64,000 bases of DNA, from positions 1 through 64,000 of the forward strand of contig BTVJ01000030.1 in NCBI GenBank assembly GCA_045863395.1. Reading direction: 5' to 3'. Below the pieces are notes generated by a model, which worked only from the letters and a program-made list of their open reading frames with translations, did not search any database and was not told the origin of the DNA. This DNA comes from Myxococcales bacterium (GTDB lineage: Bacteria > Myxococcota_A > UBA9042 > JABWCM01 > BTVJ01). Shown piece after piece: positions 63,201-64,000 of this stretch. Within the stretch, counting starts at the first letter, position 1. Every line of letters starts with the position of its first letter. The position numbers were made by a program, and so were the translations under genes.

Positions 63201-64000
63201 CGAGGGCACGGACTGGGCGGCCGTGCGGGCGAAGATCACGGCGGCGGACGAGGCGGGCAAGGCGGCAGTGCGGGGTGACGCGGCGATGCGCGGCCACTTC
63301 GTCTCATTGCTTGGCAACGCCGAGATGGCGGAGGCGGTGGGGCTCCTCGGAGGGGACCTGCGCTTCAAGCTGGACTGGATGTTCGAGGAGGGAACCGACT
63401 GGGCGACGGTGCGCCCGCTGCTGGTCGCCGCGCCCGAGGCGGAGCGGGCGGCGGTGCGGACTGATCGGGCGATGCGGGGGCACTTCGTGTCCCTGCTCGG
63501 GGACGAGGAGATGAAGGACGCCGTGACCGTGCTCGGGGGCGACCTGCGATTCAAGCTCGAGTGGACCCTGGAGGAGGGCACGACGTGGGCCGAGGCCCGC
63601 GCCCTCATCGAGGCGGCGCCGGAGACGGAGCGGGCGGCTGTGCGTGCGGACGCCGCCATGCGGGCGCGCTTCGTGTCGCTGCTCGGGGACGATGAGATGC
63701 GCGACGCAGTGGGGCTCCTCGGCGGGGACCTGCGCTTCAAGCTCGACTGGATGTTCGCGGAGGGCACGAGCTGGGAGTCGGTGCGCCCGCTCATCGAGGC
63801 GGCGCCGGAGACCGAGCGGGCGGCGGTGCGGACCGATCCGGCCATGCGCGCCCACTTCGTGTCGCTGCTCGGCAACGACGAGATGGCAGCCGCGGTGCAG
63901 CTCCTGGGCGGGGATCTGCTCTTCCAGCTCGACTGGATGTTCGCCGAGGGCACGGACTGGCCGACGGTGCGCGAGCGGATCCGCGCCGCCCCGGAGGCGC
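60220..64000 (+). CDS. Giant DUF4157 (eCIS core domain) protein with tandem 62-aa helical repeats; runs off the window and is absent from the ORF track
   Basis: Manual translation gives GGGRPL...DLSGVRIHEG..AERAAASVGARAFTAGQDVV...TLAEEVVHALQ...SDPGAAAEHEA, then the repeats. No stop codon up to 64000. Confidence 0.88.
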   Translation, partial: MRDRRERGEEAERAGGSAGALGPAETRPRRGNAAMARAALAERGAPRAVRQVLEGGGRPLHEGELAPFEGALDGDLSGVRIHEGANAERAAASVGARAFTAGQDVVMGSGATAATLAEEVVHALQPQDPSPAALVSDPGAAAEHEARGAVAALAQGRAVTPSETRTAALVREASGASRISELRQLLDDGDEDGAISLMGRLSAAEVASVLGNASLKQLAVSCFDDEEMYRGVRAMGGDLWKSLDWMFAEGTSLSYVLDVINRCASDAQKDVVRRSGTMRSHFVGLCDDGEMVQVTSALGGTLAQKLDWMFAEGTSWQAARALIVAAPEDQKAAVRTSATMRASFISLLGNDEMRDCVQVLGGRLIDQLTWMFAEGTDWPSVRQIIEAQPDPAQRAAVRQSAAMRDALVGVCGDDEMEDAVVLLGGDLRWRLQWMFAEGTSFEAVKRQIGRCPESERAAVTTDTALRDHFVSLLGDQEMQELVGILSGDLLFKVDWLIAEGTSWDAIKTHIQAAPESQKAAVRGSATARARFCDLLGNDQMAEAVDLLGGDLRFKLDWMFEEGTDWAAVRAKITAADEAGKAAVRADPTMRGHFVSLLGNAEMQEAVGLLGGDLRFKLDWMMEEGTDWATVRAMIVAADEPQRAAVRGDSRMRGHFVSLLGNVEMADAVVVLGGDLRFQLDWMFAEGTDWPTVKARIQAADEAGRAAVRGDRTMRDRFVSLLGDDEMREAVDLLGGDLRFKLEWMMEEGTEWSIVRAMIVAASEAERATVRGDRRMRERFVSLLGNDEMADAVVVLGGDLRFQLDWMFAEGTDWATVRGRIQAADDAGRAAVRQDPAMRGHFVSLLGNDEMAEAVVLLGGDLRFQLDWMFAEGTDWPTVRGRIQAAGEAERAAVRAAPGMRALFVSLCGDAEMAEAVGLLGGDLRFKLEWTLEEGTTWAAARALIEAAPEAERAVVRGDAAMRDRFVGLLGDDEMAEAVDVLGGDLRFKLTWMFAEGTDWAAVRAKITAADEAGKAAVRGDAAMRGHFVSLLGNAEMAEAVGLLGGDLRFKLDWMFEEGTDWATVRPLLVAAPEAERAAVRTDRAMRGHFVSLLGDEEMKDAVTVLGGDLRFKLEWTLEEGTTWAEARALIEAAPETERAAVRADAAMRARFVSLLGDDEMRDAVGLLGGDLRFKLDWMFAEGTSWESVRPLIEAAPETERAAVRTDPAMRAHFVSLLGNDEMAAAVQLLGGDLLFQLDWMFAEGTDWPTVRERIRAAPEA
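60900..64000 (+). repeat. 186-bp (62-aa) tandem coding repeat array with at least 17 units
   Basis: The EGT codons recur at 60964, 61153, 61339, 61528, 61714, 61900, 62086, 62272, 62458, 62644, 62830, 63016, 63202, 63388, 63574, 63760 and 63946. Confidence 0.95.

Noticed and set aside
61413..63953. Minus-strand repetitive ORFs (846 aa, 510 aa, and the N-terminal part of the 869-aa ORF)
   Set aside because: They are antisense of the plus-strand DUF4157 repeat gene. Only 59137-59973 (CpXC) of the 869-aa ORF looks real.
60900..64000. Regularly spaced conserved DNA motifs suggesting a CRISPR array
   Set aside because: The period is 186 bp and in frame, with synonymous variation and homologous intervening sequence. 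No cas genes are present, so it is a protein repeat.

Overview
Very GC-rich bacterial chromosomal window that looks myxobacterial (Myxococcota-like). This is inferred from the many Ser/Thr kinases, FHA, PEGA and TPR proteins, Cys-rich repeat lipoproteins and a MYXO-CTERM-like tail. Housekeeping blocks are thiS-thiG-thiE, mlaEFD, yceD-rpmF-rpiB-nrdR-ribD-ribE-(lipoprotein)-ribH-nusB, leucine dehydrogenase, pspA, pabB, aroE, ribF, an in-frame rsmD-coaD fusion and an aminotransferase. Accessory blocks are an FHA-CpaF ATPase next to a double-FHA gene (Kil/Tad-like), two kinase-TPR-exported protein cassettes, and a kinase-STAND fusion with an MshEN-like N-terminus. There is also a B12-dependent acyl-CoA mutase with isobutyryl-CoA mutase residues beside a phasin-like/phaC/phaB-like cluster carrying an operator-like repeat. 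The right end holds the most unusual locus: a CpXC protein, a pseudo-zincin, a Pvc15/Afp15-like AAA ATPase and a lipoprotein, transcribed divergently from a giant DUF4157 (eCIS-core) gene. That gene is missing from the supplied ORF track, carries at least 17 tandem 62-aa helical repeats and runs off the window. No rRNA, tRNA, CRISPR array, transposase or integrase was recognised. All family assignments come from reading motifs by eye, not from database searches.
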